Shown piece after piece: positions 14,298 to 33,649 of a stretch of DNA of 64,000 bases (position 1 is its first letter; every line of letters starts with the position of its first letter). The stretch covers positions 7,616,162 through 7,680,161 of the forward strand of contig CM119271.1 in assembly GCA_051294375.1 (NCBI GenBank), given 5' to 3'. The translations under genes and the position numbers were made by a program. This DNA is from Paraspadella gotoi. Its lineage: Eukaryota; Animalia; Chaetognatha. A model generated the notes under the pieces. That model was not told the DNA's origin. It was given only the letters and a program-made list of their open reading frames with translations, and did not search any database.

Positions 14298-14766
14298 GCG
14301 GGCCAACCGCTTCACGGTTTTTTTCTCGCAAAAACGCAACTAATTAAAGACGCTATTAATTATAACAACGTAGCAGAGAATTAGCAAGCAGAATCGTCAA
14401 TCGTCATGAATTCGAATAGCGACGTGATTAGATCGACCGCGTTTACCATTTAGAGCGGGAGTTTTTGTCTGTAAAAAAAAATATAAATAAAAAACTGGAA
14501 CGTTTGTTGTGGGTCTTTCTTTCGAAAGACATCGTTTCCGAAATTTGATCGTCGATTTGTTTTGTAGATATAGTATATAAATGGAGAAAAATATTGATCG
14601 ATTAACGCCATAGCTCACTAACCTTTTATGAATCAAGAATGAAGTCTCAAATTGCTTTTTTCCGCTTTTTCCAGTTGTAATCAGTTTTAATGAGTTATTT
14701 TAATACTGTAACTATTATTGGATCAGTTTAATATAAGGCTTGTTTATTCACAGAGAAATCACGAAA

Positions 14767-15357
14767 ATGTCAAAGCGGCCAGTTCGTAGCGAGACCAAAA
14801 CTCTGTCTTCTTTCTGCGACTTTTTGAAAAACTTTCCCTCGATCGAAGAGGAGCAGGCTTCGCGGATCCGTCGCGTCCCGACTGACCGCGAGGTCGAGAT
14901 CACCCTGCACGACTGCCCGACCGACGCCTTTGCGAAAGACTTTGCCCGCCTTTTTCCCGACAACTCCGCCTTCACCCCTGCTGCCCTCTCCTTCCGCCTG
15001 GCCGTCTTCTCCTTTCGTACCGACCACGATATGTCCGGCTGGTCCGGCGCCGTTGAAACGGAGCGTGCCGCCCTCGCCGACGACTTTCTCGGAGCCGGAT
15101 TTGCCGTCTGCGGTGCTCTTCGTCGGCGCGGATTTTGGGCCGACGTTGTTGACGCCGCTACCGGAAAGCCTCAACGCGGCGGCGGGGCCAACGATGCCCT
15201 CTTCGAAATCGACGACCGACTGAGGCCTTTCGGGGTGGGAGTCGAGGACCTGGGATGCTGCAAGTGCGTCAGACATCGCGAATTCGGCACCAGAGCTTTT
15301 TTGGGATTCTTGTTTAGCGACGCGAGTTTCGAAGAGATGGAGCGACTTTTGTTGTAG
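14767..15357 (+). CDS. MMADHC: Cobalamin trafficking protein CblD/MMADHC-like (C-terminal domain only), intronless
   Basis: DFARLFP, DMSGWSGAVETER, LRRRGFWADVVD, LFEIDDRLRPFGVGVEDLGCCKCVRHREFGT match the MMADHC C-terminal motifs (GYWADFIDP, DDLGCCKVIRH). Confidence 0.85.
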   Translation: MSKRPVRSETKTLSSFCDFLKNFPSIEEEQASRIRRVPTDREVEITLHDCPTDAFAKDFARLFPDNSAFTPAALSFRLAVFSFRTDHDMSGWSGAVETERAALADDFLGAGFAVCGALRRRGFWADVVDAATGKPQRGGGANDALFEIDDRLRPFGVGVEDLGCCKCVRHREFGTRAFLGFLFSDASFEEMERLLL

Positions 15358-15951
15358 ATGCCATTAAACGTCGCCATCTGGCTGGCGTTTGGCGGTGTTG
15401 CGGGGAAAGGGAAACGCGATTGAGGGGCGTAGAAATTCGGATATCGTCGGCCGCGACTTTTGTTGTAGATGCCACAATTTTTCTTATTTTTTTATGGGGC
15501 CACTTTGTCAACTTTTTGGACATTCCTCGAATCTATTGAATTTGTTTTGAAAAAATTGATTGAAATGTTCACTTGAATTATCGTTATCATAATGAGAAAT
15601 TCTGCGATGGCAGGGAAAAATGTTTTGGCGTTTTACTCGTATAAATTTTACCCAAGTGATTTTTGATACCCGTGAAATCTTTTTTTATTATTTACCCTTT
15701 TTTATTATTGCAATCAAAAACATTTACAATGGTTATTTTTATTACAGATTATAAAAATGTGCCAAAACATTTTATCGTGGGGAGTTGATTTAAACGCCCT
15801 TATAAATCAACGGAAAAAATCAACAAATCTCTAGCGCCAACCACCGCAGATTATAATTATTATTATTATTCGTAGAATTATTTTACAAAATATATTATAT
15901 TTTAATTACATTTGCCTATTACCGACGTTTCATACTCGAGCGTCGGAAACC

Positions 15952-19305
<3,354 letters not shown>

Positions 19306-20297
19306 GACTAAAATGCTCGTCGCCCAAAAAAAAGGGGGAAAAAAACATTGGCGAGTCATCGAAACGAGTTGACAGATTGAGGTTTTTCTTTTTCATAAAT
19401 ATCGTTGAGAGTTTCTTCTGGTGCTCGCCTAAAAAGTCTGCAACGACGCGCCCTCCGCGACTACAGTTTTTAATATTTCGTTACGTTGCCTTCGTTTTTG
19501 TGTTTAGGACATCGCGTGCTTGTTGACTACATTTGCGTACTTTCATCGATTATTAATATCTTTGACTTTGCTTGGCATTCTATCATTCTAGTCGGCTAGG
19601 TTTCTTAATTTTTGTTTAGATACCCCATTTTTTTCAAAAAAAAGGAACGAATTAATAGTTTTTTTTATTCACGGGTGTGTCAATGTATTGCGAGATCCAT
19701 TAGGGGATTAGTCGATTGAAAGTGTTGATAATTTTTGACAAAATGAAACTTTTTTTCTTCCGTATGTTAACGCACCTTTTCTTTCAGCAGCCGTTTGCAT
19801 TTAAATTGTGCTTCCGCGTTGATTTTGGTTTTTCTTATTCCGATTTATAGGAAGTGAAACTTGAAAATGTCGAGCGGAGGAGCTTGCGGATCTTCGAACG
19901 GTTCCAGCGAAAAACTTGCGTTATTAAACTCATTTCGTGTTTTATTTTATGTGCTTTCTTTACCAGGTCGCTGAAAAAGGAGCAACGGGTTGGTGATTAC
20001 TGATTACGTTACGTACTAGACGAACACTTTACGATGACATTTGACCCTAAAAGAAAGGTGCCGTTTTGAAGTCGCCGTTTGGTTCGGGTTCAGTGATGTT
20101 AAATTACCGATTTTTTGCAGTAGTGAAAGTGAAAGTGAAATTGTCGGAGGTGGATTTTCATTATGAAGAATTGTTGCCGTGAGGAGATTAGAAGTTTGAG
20201 AGATGAGACGGTTAATTTTTTCGAAAGTGGTTGGAATACGAGTTGGTTTTTATGGTGTACGGAATTACGGATGATCTCCAGGACTATATACTATATA

Positions 20298-21110
20298 TAT
20301 TCATTAGTTTTTTATATTTTTTTATACTTTACGTTTAACCTTTTAATCTAATATTTTTTGTTTGATAATAGATTTTTTAATATTTTCAGATAAATATAAA
20401 AACGTTAAATAAAAAAAATAAAATCAAAAATTATTTTTTTAATCTCTTCCCAAATAAAAATAAAAAAATCATTTTTGTATTATTTTAAGATGACCACTCG
20501 GTAATAAATCTTGCTTAATGTTACGATTAATACAATTGGCGTTGGGTCCTTTTAAAAAAATAAATTTAGATAAAAATTATATAATTAATTAAAAGAGAAA
20601 TTTTAACAGAAAAATTTAAGAATTAATAAATGAAACGATGCCAATGAAATAATGACTTTAAAAGTTCGATATTGAAGCGGCTTTTAAGTATATACGAATT
20701 TTGGCTGACCTGGAGTTCAAAATGTACCGCCCGGTTACTTCATCGTAATATGAAAAAAAATCTGTCATTTGGTATTTGATAGAGATTCATTACTTTTTTA
20801 TATTATTTTATACTTTATGCTAGACGTTTTTTGTGGAATAATTTCAGTTCATTAATATTTTATTTATTATTGCAAATTACTTTGTTTGTTATGCAAATTA
20901 GCATTAATAAAAAAATAGATTTAGAATAAAAATATTCTAAATAAAAAACGTCAAACAAAAAGGACAAAATAAAATTTGTAAAAAATTATTAAATCTTTAT
21001 CCAAAGAAAAATAGAAAAATATTTTTTTTCGTAACCCTAAAGTAACCACCCGGTAATAAATATTTCTTAATATTACGATTAATACAATTGGCTTTTGGTT
21101 TTATTAGAAA
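20298..21110. repeat. Degenerate tandem duplication (~490-550 bp offset)
   Basis: 20490-20540 and 21042-21092 are near identical (CGGTAATAAAT...TTACGATTAATACAATTGGC). The blocks at ~20300 and ~20786 (TTCATTA.TTTTT.ATAT...TATACTTTA) also match. Confidence 0.75.
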
Positions 21111-21447
21111 ACAAAAATTGTAATGAATATTAGTAATATGGTGGACGGTTTTTATGCGGCGACGATGAGTTTCGAAATTTTCTAAAACTTTTACTTTTCA
21201 TAAATATAAGTACATAATGTCTTGATTTTAGAGGTGTCACGAGAAGGAAATGTGAAGCTTTATATGATGGCGAAAGGAAATTGTTTTGTCAAACATTGTT
21301 GAATGAGAGAATGAGAGACGGACGACGTAAAAGTTAAAATGTTTTTTAACTATCGTTTATTTTCTAATGTGTTGTGTACGCAATACGCATAAATATTAAA
21401 CTCAATTGTTACACCTGGTTTAATCGGCGATACGGATTACGAAAGAG

Positions 21448-21569
21448 CAAATTGTTGCACCTGTTACTGTCAATCGGAATAACGATGTAGAGAAACGGAA
21501 GGCGACAAATTGTTGCACCTGTTACTGTAAATCGGAATAACGATGTAGAGAAACGGAAGGCGACAAATT
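21448..21569. repeat. 58-bp tandem repeat, two copies plus partial copies
   Basis: CAAATTGTTGCACCTGTTACTGT(C/A)AATCGGAATAACGATGTAGAGAAACGGAAGGCGA occurs at 21448 and 21506 with one mismatch. A degenerate start lies at ~21403. Confidence 0.92.
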
Positions 21570-23545
21570 TGTATCTCATAAATAATCTGTATAAAATCTT
21601 CTTTCTTACAGCCGTTGGAAGATTGCAAAGCCCAATTTTCGTTAAAGTCACGAAATAAAAAGCGTAAAAATGTGGCAGTACATGGCCATTCTTGAGTTGG
21701 GGGACATCCGAACCTGCTTCTATGACAGCATCGTAGAGTCTCCGGAGGTCATAGTCGATGACTACTACTATGATTGCGATGATGACGATCTGCACGATGA
21801 ATAAACGTTGTTTAGCGAGTTTGGTTTTTGGCGGGCTCCGAGCGTCGCCAGAGGTTTTCTCACTTTAGACTTTAGATTTTCCCCTTCGCTTTTTTTTTCA
21901 ACCTTCAAACGTCTGCGGCAAACTGTGTAAATATGAAAAAAACTATAATGAATATCTCAAATTGGTTAACGGGGAAGTGAAATGAATTGTAGTAAGACTA
22001 AAAATAAGAAAACAAAAAACTTTGAACTCTCCAAATATAAAAAAAAACTTTATGATCGAAAAATGTCAGTGACGAGGTGAAAGAGGATGGAGATTGAGAG
22101 CGGCTGGCATCAGTTGAGCGTTACGCGAAATTGGTCGTCTGCAGGTCCTCAATACAACATCGCCGTTCGTCTCGATGGGGGATAAGAAATTAAGAGAGAG
22201 AGAAAAAAAGAACTAAAATGCAGACTAAAGACGTTTTGAAAGACGGAAAGCAAGCGGTCTTAGTTGGTCGATGTTAGTGCGGCGACTTCATTCATTCACA
22301 GGAGAGGTTGTTTTTGTCGAAGATGTGGAAGGATAGCGTGTTTTTTTACGGTCTATTTCGAAAGACAGAATCTCGACAACGGACAATTAACTTAACGAAA
22401 TTGTACAAAAATAATTTTGATAAACATTAGTTAAATTCATTTACAAAAGTGTTGCAAGTCAAACGAAGTTCTTCAAAATAATGGCAAGGAAAGATCTGAT
22501 TGGATTGAATCCAAATCGTCGTTCTTACCTCTTCCTGCAACGGACCGGGGAAAATTGTAACTTGTTGTAGCAGACGTTTTAGTTATAAGTTTAGTTTAAT
22601 CCTTTCTTAGAGTTTTATTTTATAATTTCGTTGTTTAAGATTTTTTGCTACTCTGTTGTAATTAGATTTATTGCGTGTTGAGATGATAGATGTTCGTTAA
22701 AAGATAGTTGATAAATTAAAGATTTTTTTCTTCCGGAAATTAAGCGACAAGGTAATTTATATATTACGTATCTTCCTCTGTCATCTGAGCATGCATCGCA
22801 ATGGTAATCCACAAATTTTACCCTTGTCGTTTTCTAGTCAAAGATATTAGGGGTCGCTAATATCTCACTAAATATTTACCGGTCTGTTTTTCATTATATT
22901 ACATATTTTCGTCAATGGAAGATTTTGAAATATTAAAAAAAGTTACTAATTGATGTTTTCGGAAATTCTGTTCTTAAATTGTTAATAATAAAATGAATTA
23001 TGAAGCAAATCACATCTATATTCTATAAATGTGTAGTTTTGCACGTTCCTCCCATTAATATCGAATTAACCTGGTTTGACTTCATAATAATTGAGGTTGT
23101 GTTTGGTTTGATGTTCATTCACTCTTTACATATTAAATATCCTGCTTCTTGTATTTTAGGATACAGATGAAAAGGAATGTTTAGTTGCTTTTCTTTGGTC
23201 GCTTTCAAGGTTTCACCTGAAATATTGTAATACTTTTCTAATTGCATTTATTTTTTGTAACAATTTTCTGGTTGCACTACGGAAAAGTCTGTTTTTGAAA
23301 ATACCCTAGTTATTTTTTATAGAATAATTGACTACACGTAAAGATTAAACAAGAGGACTTTTTTTTATAAATTCATAAACCAATTGTTAAAAATATAGGT
23401 AAAGTATTTTTGGAAGAATGGGAGCTTCTCTTTCCGTTCCGTGTCAAGTTAAAAGTTTAATAAATTAGTTGAATTCCAGTAATATAAAATCGAAATATTT
23501 ATTTCGCGCCAATATGCGCGCAAAGAAAATCTTTTACGTATACAC

Positions 23546-24173
23546 TAGGGTGGAGTGATGAAAAGATTGAGTGATTGAACATTATTTTTTTGCTGCTTAT
23601 GGACATATAATTAATGAATTTTAAATCCTTTTAAAAATTTTTTTAGCATAACAGTATAGCAAATTCAATTATTTATGTAGTAATATCCTTATAAAATCGT
23701 CAAATTTCAAAATAATTTATTTTTATTTTTAAGAACTGATTTGGATTCGCAATAAAAAACTAAAAAACTTTTATAAAATATGTTATATGATATTTCAATG
23801 TTTAGATCACAAAAAATGACTAAAACGTGTTAACATATATAAGTTTATACTACAGAGAATAAAAAAGTCAAGAATTTTCACCTTTTTTCTTATTTTAAAC
23901 ATTGAAGATGACAGAATTTTTGATAACATGTTTTATATTTTTGATTCAACTTTTTATGAAGAATCTGAATCTTTATTAAAAGTTTTATAAAAATTATTTT
24001 TAAAATTTACTATTTTATAAGAATATTACTATAAATATATTATATTTTACTATTCTGTTCCTGAGATAATATGAACAAAATATTTTTTGTACTAGTTAAT
24101 CATACTATCTCACATCTAAATATCATTGTTCAATCACTCAAATAAATTTTTTGTTCTTGAGTGCTCCACTCTA
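23546..24173. mobile_element. Non-autonomous hAT-type DNA transposon (MITE), 628 bp, internally palindromic
   Basis: TIRs TAGGGTGGAG (23546-23555) and CTCCACTCTA (24164-24173) differ by one mismatch. A perfect 8-bp TSD GTATACAC sits at 23538-23545 and 24174-24181. There is a subterminal inverted repeat TTGAGTGATTGAACA/TGTTCAATCACTCAA and long internal inverted arms (~23670-23800 vs ~23898-24036). No ORF. Confidence 0.85.
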
Positions 24174-24304
24174 GTATACACATCTGTTACTAATTTTTTG
24201 CTTGGGATAGTGACGCTTTGGAACCGGACAGAGCTCCTCGAGAGGTTGGATATCTGAGACTCGAGAAAAAGGCAGGGAGAATATTTAAAAGTTAAAAGTT
24301 GACC

Positions 24305-27970
<3,666 letters not shown>

Positions 27971-28423
27971 CTTTTTCGCCACCCGTTAATTGCCAATTTC
28001 CCCATCGTTTCTCCCCCCCCCCACATTTTTTAAAAATAGTACTTGTTACAGTCCAGTTTCTCATTCTGCAAAATTCGTTATGGCCTTTATATTACATTGT
28101 GCGAGCCGTGATTGTTTGGCACGAATGATTTTTTTTTTTCAAATTTCGATATATGTTTACAAACTAGTTATATGTTAGTTTTTATTACAAATTATATTTT
28201 CAATTACTTTCCTCTGAAGGTTTTATGTTTTTTTTCCTGATTCTATCCACAAATTTTGTTTGTTACGATATTGATTATTTTTGATCTCTAGTCTTGAGTA
28301 AATTTGGGTCACCTTGTGAGAGATGCCATAGAAATAAAGGTAATATTACGCTCTCCTTTGTTTTATTTGTTATTTACATTTTTTCACTTTGGCTTTTTCG
28401 TTTCGTTTCAGTTGGGATCTACC

Positions 28424-31400
28424 ATGTCACCAATCGCCGTCGATACCGAAAATTCTTCGAGAAAAAGAAAGCTCTCTAATAGTGTCAGGTAATAAGAAGT
28501 AAATTATAATGTTAAAATTTAGGTATATAGTAGTAAAGGTATCCCCATTTCAATTAACTCATCATCAAATCTACGATTCTTTCTTTCCTAATTAATTTTG
28601 TCAATCTCCAGTTCAGAGCATTCTTTCGAGAAGCGATCGCGCCTGTCCGACGCCTCGTGGACCGCGCGAGGTTCCATCGAGCGGGCCTTCTCCTGGGTGG
28701 CCAACAAGTCGAGGAGAGTCTTTTCACGAGAAACCATTTCCAGCCCCTTCGCTTATGTCCACAGGGTTTGGGACGAACTTTCCCAATCTATCGGTCAAAG
28801 CTACGAACAATATCAGGTCCATAAAGAGCCGCTGTTCCTTGAACGGTCCCTTTCGTTCTGGGTTTATTAAAATGTTTTGTTATTAAAATTCGATATTCAG
28901 GGTCCTGTCCTAGAAGGACCCGAACTCATAAGCACCGTTCCCACAATGATGCCGATGTCGACTCTGACCGCCAACGCTGCTCTGCATCCGTCGACGTTGA
29001 CGACGAGCACTACCTTCATGAATCTCGCTCCGCAGCCCTCCCTGCCTCCTCTGGGAGGCGTTTCGGCTTTGCATTCCGGTTGGTGAATGCCAATGTTAAC
29101 TTTAACAATCGTATTATTATTATCTATTATTATTCTTATTATTATTCTTATTATTATTCTTATTTTTATTATTAATTATTTAATTATTAAAAGGGTACTA
29201 AAGGTACAAATATCTACGTAATTTTTTTTCGCCATTGCTCTTTTTTTTTTTTTAGGAGGAGGGAATGCGCTTGCGCATCACCCACTGCAGTCTCTCCACG
29301 CCATGCAAGCGGGTGAGGCCTCCGGGCCAGAAATTAACGGCCATGCGGAAGCGAACGCAGCCGCTGTCGCAGCCAACGCCGCAGCTGCGGCCGCCATTGC
29401 TGCCGCGCAACATCAGCAAATTTTGCAAATATCCCTTGCGCGGTCGAGCGCTGGTCCCGAACAGGGTGAGTTCATATTTACATCATATTTTTTGGTAGAA
29501 TGGCCCCCCCCCCATTTTATTTTTACTCTCCTTTATCTTACTTCTTTTCAGGCAAATACCCTCCGCCCATGTCTCGTGGCGGGGGATTCGTCCCGGCCGG
29601 CTTCAGCACACCCATCGTGGCAGTTTCTACTTCTTCACAGGCGCGTATTGGACGACCCGTTCCTCTCCACTCGTCCGCCAACGCCGCAGATGTGTCTCAT
29701 CGATCGTCTAGTTACTTTCAGTCGCGTTGCCTCTTCAGTGCCAACCAGAACGGCACCGTCAACGGCGGCACCGCCCCCAACATCTTTGCAATGCAGGCCA
29801 AGAACCGAAAACCGATTCGACTCAAAAGGGCTTATGGCGATTCCACCCACGATAAATTGTTCCACGGAAAGTCTCCGCATAGTGAGTCGATGATGGGGAA
29901 AGCCTGTGGCATGATTTCGTCAGTGAAAGAGCTAAGGATAGTTTCGCCTTTAGTATACAGTTTGTTATATAAACGCTATTTTGTCTGTCTTTTATATTTT
30001 AAGGCCGGGTTTTTTATTGTTGGTTTTACCTTATTTTTCCACAGTCGTAAGAAAATCCAATACCAAGTTCGGCTTGTTCGGCAATGGGCTGCGCTCGCCT
30101 TCTCCGACAACTTCCCACTCCGTGTCGAATGTCATTCGTAATCTGTTCAAAGCCGTCAGACGTAAACCTTATGCCGTCACCCAAAGCGTCAATCTTCGAG
30201 AAAAACTAGAATATCAAGTAATTTATTCGATGATTACGAATTTCTATTTGTGTAAATTCCCCTCGACCGATTTCATCATTTTTCCTCCGCAGGAATTGTT
30301 GAAAGGCTATGGGATAAAATGCAACCACTCGGTTTCCCAAGGCTCATCGTCTTCTGTCTCGAGTCAAGAGGCGAGGTCACGATCCTCCTCCATCGGTTGG
30401 TTAATCTTTTCTTTTAATCATTGTTGCTTCCGTTGATACATTTGTGACTAATTATATCCAGCGTCTCCGTCCCCTTCCCACACTCCGCCGTTGTCCTCGT
30501 TACCGACCGACGTCAAATGGAATCCGCTGACGCCGACTGGAACCAAGTTGAAACCCATCAGACTCGACGACGAAGACGACGACCTCGTTTACGATGATGA
30601 CAAGCCAGTCGATCCTGACAAGACGCATGGTGGGTTTTTGCATTTTTTTAGAAAATAATAAAATAATAAAAAGTGAAACTTAAATGGAGCCCCAAAAATT
30701 TTTTACTGGCAGATGCTGCAACCGAGGACGATGTTATCGAGTTAACGTCCTCTCAAAAAACGAGCACCAACAGTGACATAAACGGGGATATTGGGGTAAG
30801 TTTATTCTCAAAATAATTCGTTTCTTCGTGAGTTTTAAAGCTGACTTCTGACAGGTTTTGAAAGATTCTTCCGATGGAGAGAGCCGTTCGTTACCACGCA
30901 TCGAAGCACTCAATGGCCAACATATTTCTGCCCCGAAGTAAGAAACGTGCTCAAAATTTAGCAAAACGTCAATTTCTTTTTGCTCGAAATGTCTCTCATT
31001 TTATTAAACAGATTGAACTCCGCCCTTATCCTGGAAAAGGAAGACCGCCCCCCGAAGTTGGTCGACCTGACGGGAGACGAAGAACGCCTGGAAATTCGGC
31101 CGACCACGATGGAGAAGAAAGTGACAGCGAGAAGGTGAGGGGCGAAGTCATTAGCTGCGGCTTTCCCCCGCCCACCCCCCTCCTCGTTGATTTATATTCT
31201 GATCCCCGCATGGGTTCGCCCCGACAGAGTCAACATCCCTTCCGAACCATCCTTCATGCGATCCGCCCGAGAATCCCCCTACGCCGACAAAACGTGGCTC
31301 GAGAACTTCAAGCATTCCGCCGAAGTCGATAAGAACAAAAACGATGAGACGATCATGGAGCAGAAGGCGAATCTCGAATTTTATCGCAAAGAACACGAGG

Positions 31401-32761
31401 AAGAGGAAAAGGTGATTTTTTGTGCGTTGGAAATTTGAGTTAAATGAAAAAGAGACAAAATATTCACTTCTACGCTAACTAACGCTTAATTTGTTTCTTC
31501 AGGAACTGTACGAATACTTCTCGACCAAGTTGAAGATCGCCCAGAGAATCAAGCCGCCCGTCGAGGAGATCTTCATCGAATCGAGCGAGGAGGAGAGCGA
31601 GGATGAAGTTGAGGAGGACAAAGAGTTCCCACCTCTCACTGCTGAAGTACGATTCATCTTAGCTTTTTTTACTAATTTAATTTATTGTTAAAACACTGCA
31701 AAACACTAAATCCCGAGAGAGGGAGAGATGAGAGAGGGAGAGAAGAGGAGGAGAGAAGGAGAACCAAAGACTCGCTGCGGCATAAACGTTTTATTTTTTG
31801 GCTTTAGATGGAAGAGCGAATAAACGAAGCGACCATCCCTCATCCTGCGATGGAAGTTCTTTCCACCGCCTTCAAACTGGACATCACCAGAAAAGATATC
31901 CGCACTCTGGTCGGCATGGAGGTCAGTTGACGCGAGTTTAGTGTCGCTCTGTCACAATGGCGGTCACTCACTTTTCATATTTTGTTTACTCAGTGGCTGA
32001 ACGACGAGATCATTAACTTTTACATGAATATGTTAGTGGATCGGTCCGAAAAGTCGGAAGGAGAATTGCCAAAGGTAAAAAAAAAAAAGAGAAAAATTCC
32101 CCTTTTTTCGTTTTGCAACTTATAATAACTAATACATCTTCCGTCAGGTCTATACCTTCAACACTTTCTTTTATCCGACGCTCGTCAAAGATGGTTACGC
32201 GCGGTTGAAAAGGTGGACGAGAAGAGTCGATCTCTTTTCCCACGACCTCATTTTGGTTCCGGTTCACCTGCAGGTCAGACGACTTTCCTTCTTTTACAGC
32301 GGTGGCTTCATTTAGTCATGATTTTTTTTTTTACGCCATTTACTCTATTTCAGATGCATTGGTGTTTGGCCGTGATCGATCTTCAGAACCAAGAAGTAAA
32401 CTACTACGATTCCATGGGCGGGAACAACCAAAAATGTCTTTCAGCTTTGAAGACTTACTTGCTTGAAGAACATCGAGGTAATTTGAGAGTTTAACTTATA
32501 AAATTTACGGTTTTTAAAGTAAATTCAAAATGGAATTTGTATTTCTCAGACAAAAAGAAAAGCGAATTCGACATGAACGGTTGGCGCTTCCAATGCGTCA
32601 GAGACATACCGCAGCAGATGAACGGGTCAGACTGCGGCATGTTCGCCTGCAAATTTGCCGAATACCTCACCAGAAGAGCGCCCATCACGTTCTCACAGGA
32701 GCATATGCCTTACTTTCGTCGAAGAATGATTTTCGAAATATTGACTCTCAAATTAATGTAG
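28424..32761 (+). CDS. Sentrin/SUMO-specific protease (SENP1/2, Ulp1-like) with a long low-complexity N-terminus
   Basis: The C48 peptidase domain reads [33 protein letters not shown] (His), YYDS (Asp) and [12 protein letters not shown] (Gln/Cys). The N-terminal exon structure is less certain. Confidence 0.88.
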
Positions 32762-33015
32762 ATAGCGCTCTTCACTTTTTCTTTTTTTTTTGGCCCCCTT
32801 TCTTTTCTAAACTTTACCCAGTTTCCCCTCATCGCTGAAAATTTTTGTGATCTAAATTTTTTTTAAAAATAAATTATTTGTTACACTGAAGTAAAAACAC
32901 AATATGATAGTTAAACGATACATCGCGATATTTTCGGCTTTATATCGCATTAACGATGATGCCATATTGATAATTTTTTTTTTCAAAGTTGAAAAAAACA
33001 AACAAGAGAGCAGCG

Positions 33016-33649
33016 ATGCCCTCTGTTCAAAACAACGACAACGGGGAGGTGGAGAAGTCGGAGCTCGACGCGGAGATAGAGGAAGAAGCACGACAATTGG
33101 TGGACAACATCGTCGAGGCCGGGGAGTCCTGGGTCCGACGGACCTGCAACGATATCGGAAAGTCTAGCGTCGCCAAACAAGTACGAGACTCGAATTGTGT
33201 GCCATCTTCTATATTTAAACTTTAATATCACTTGGTTCGCTTATCTTTTCAAGGTGGGAATTGGCGCCCTCGCCGGTTGGGCGACCGGATTCGTCTTCGG
33301 CAAGGTCGGTCGCGCCGCGGCCACCACGCTCGGAACCAGCCTCGTCCTCTTTCAACTCGCCAATCACTACGGGTAGAGAAAAAAAAATTTCGACTGCTTT
33401 TCCCCCCAACAACTCCATCGCCCTGCCGCATTCAACAACCTCCCTTTCCTTCCCCCACATCCCAGCTACATCAAAGTCGACTGGAAGAAGGTTGAGAAGA
33501 CGAAGAAAGACGTGACCAAGGATCTCAAGGCCAACGTCGGGCAGTACGTCCCGCGCTTCATCGACGAATCGAAATCCCTGGCCTCGCAGAACGTCTACTT
33601 GGCTGGCGGGTTCGCCGGAGGATTCCTACTGGGAATCGCGTCGACATGA
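33016..33649 (+). CDS. FUNDC1: FUN14 domain-containing mitochondrial outer membrane protein, 3 exons
   Basis: SVAKQVGIGALAGWATGFVFGKVGRAAATTLG...LFQLANHYGYIKVDWKKVEK and the C-terminal AGGFAGGFLLG. Confidence 0.9.

Larger units (their letters stand above)
19867..21803 (+). pseudogene. Possible decayed multi-exon gene of unknown family
   Basis: An acceptor-like TTTATAG (19844-19850) precedes ATG 19867 (MSSGGACGSSNGSSEKL). Intron-like segments 19920-19966 and 20058-20120 and further exon-like GC-richer blocks at ~21231-21327 and ~21612-21803 follow. All tested joins hit stops or frameshifts. Confidence 0.3.

Noticed and set aside
21448-21569. CRISPR-like repeat array
   Set aside because: The units are contiguous with no unique spacers and the context is eukaryotic, so this is an ordinary tandem duplication. 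The same applies to 56484-56811.
21612-21803. In-frame TGA suggesting selenocysteine or readthrough (…VHGHS*VGDIRTCF…)
   Set aside because: There is no selenoprotein-like motif or recognisable SECIS, and the surrounding blocks have other stops and frameshifts.
29110-31765. (TTA)n-like tract near 29115-29175 and GA-rich tract near 31715-31765 in SENP introns
   Set aside because: These are ordinary simple-sequence repeats.
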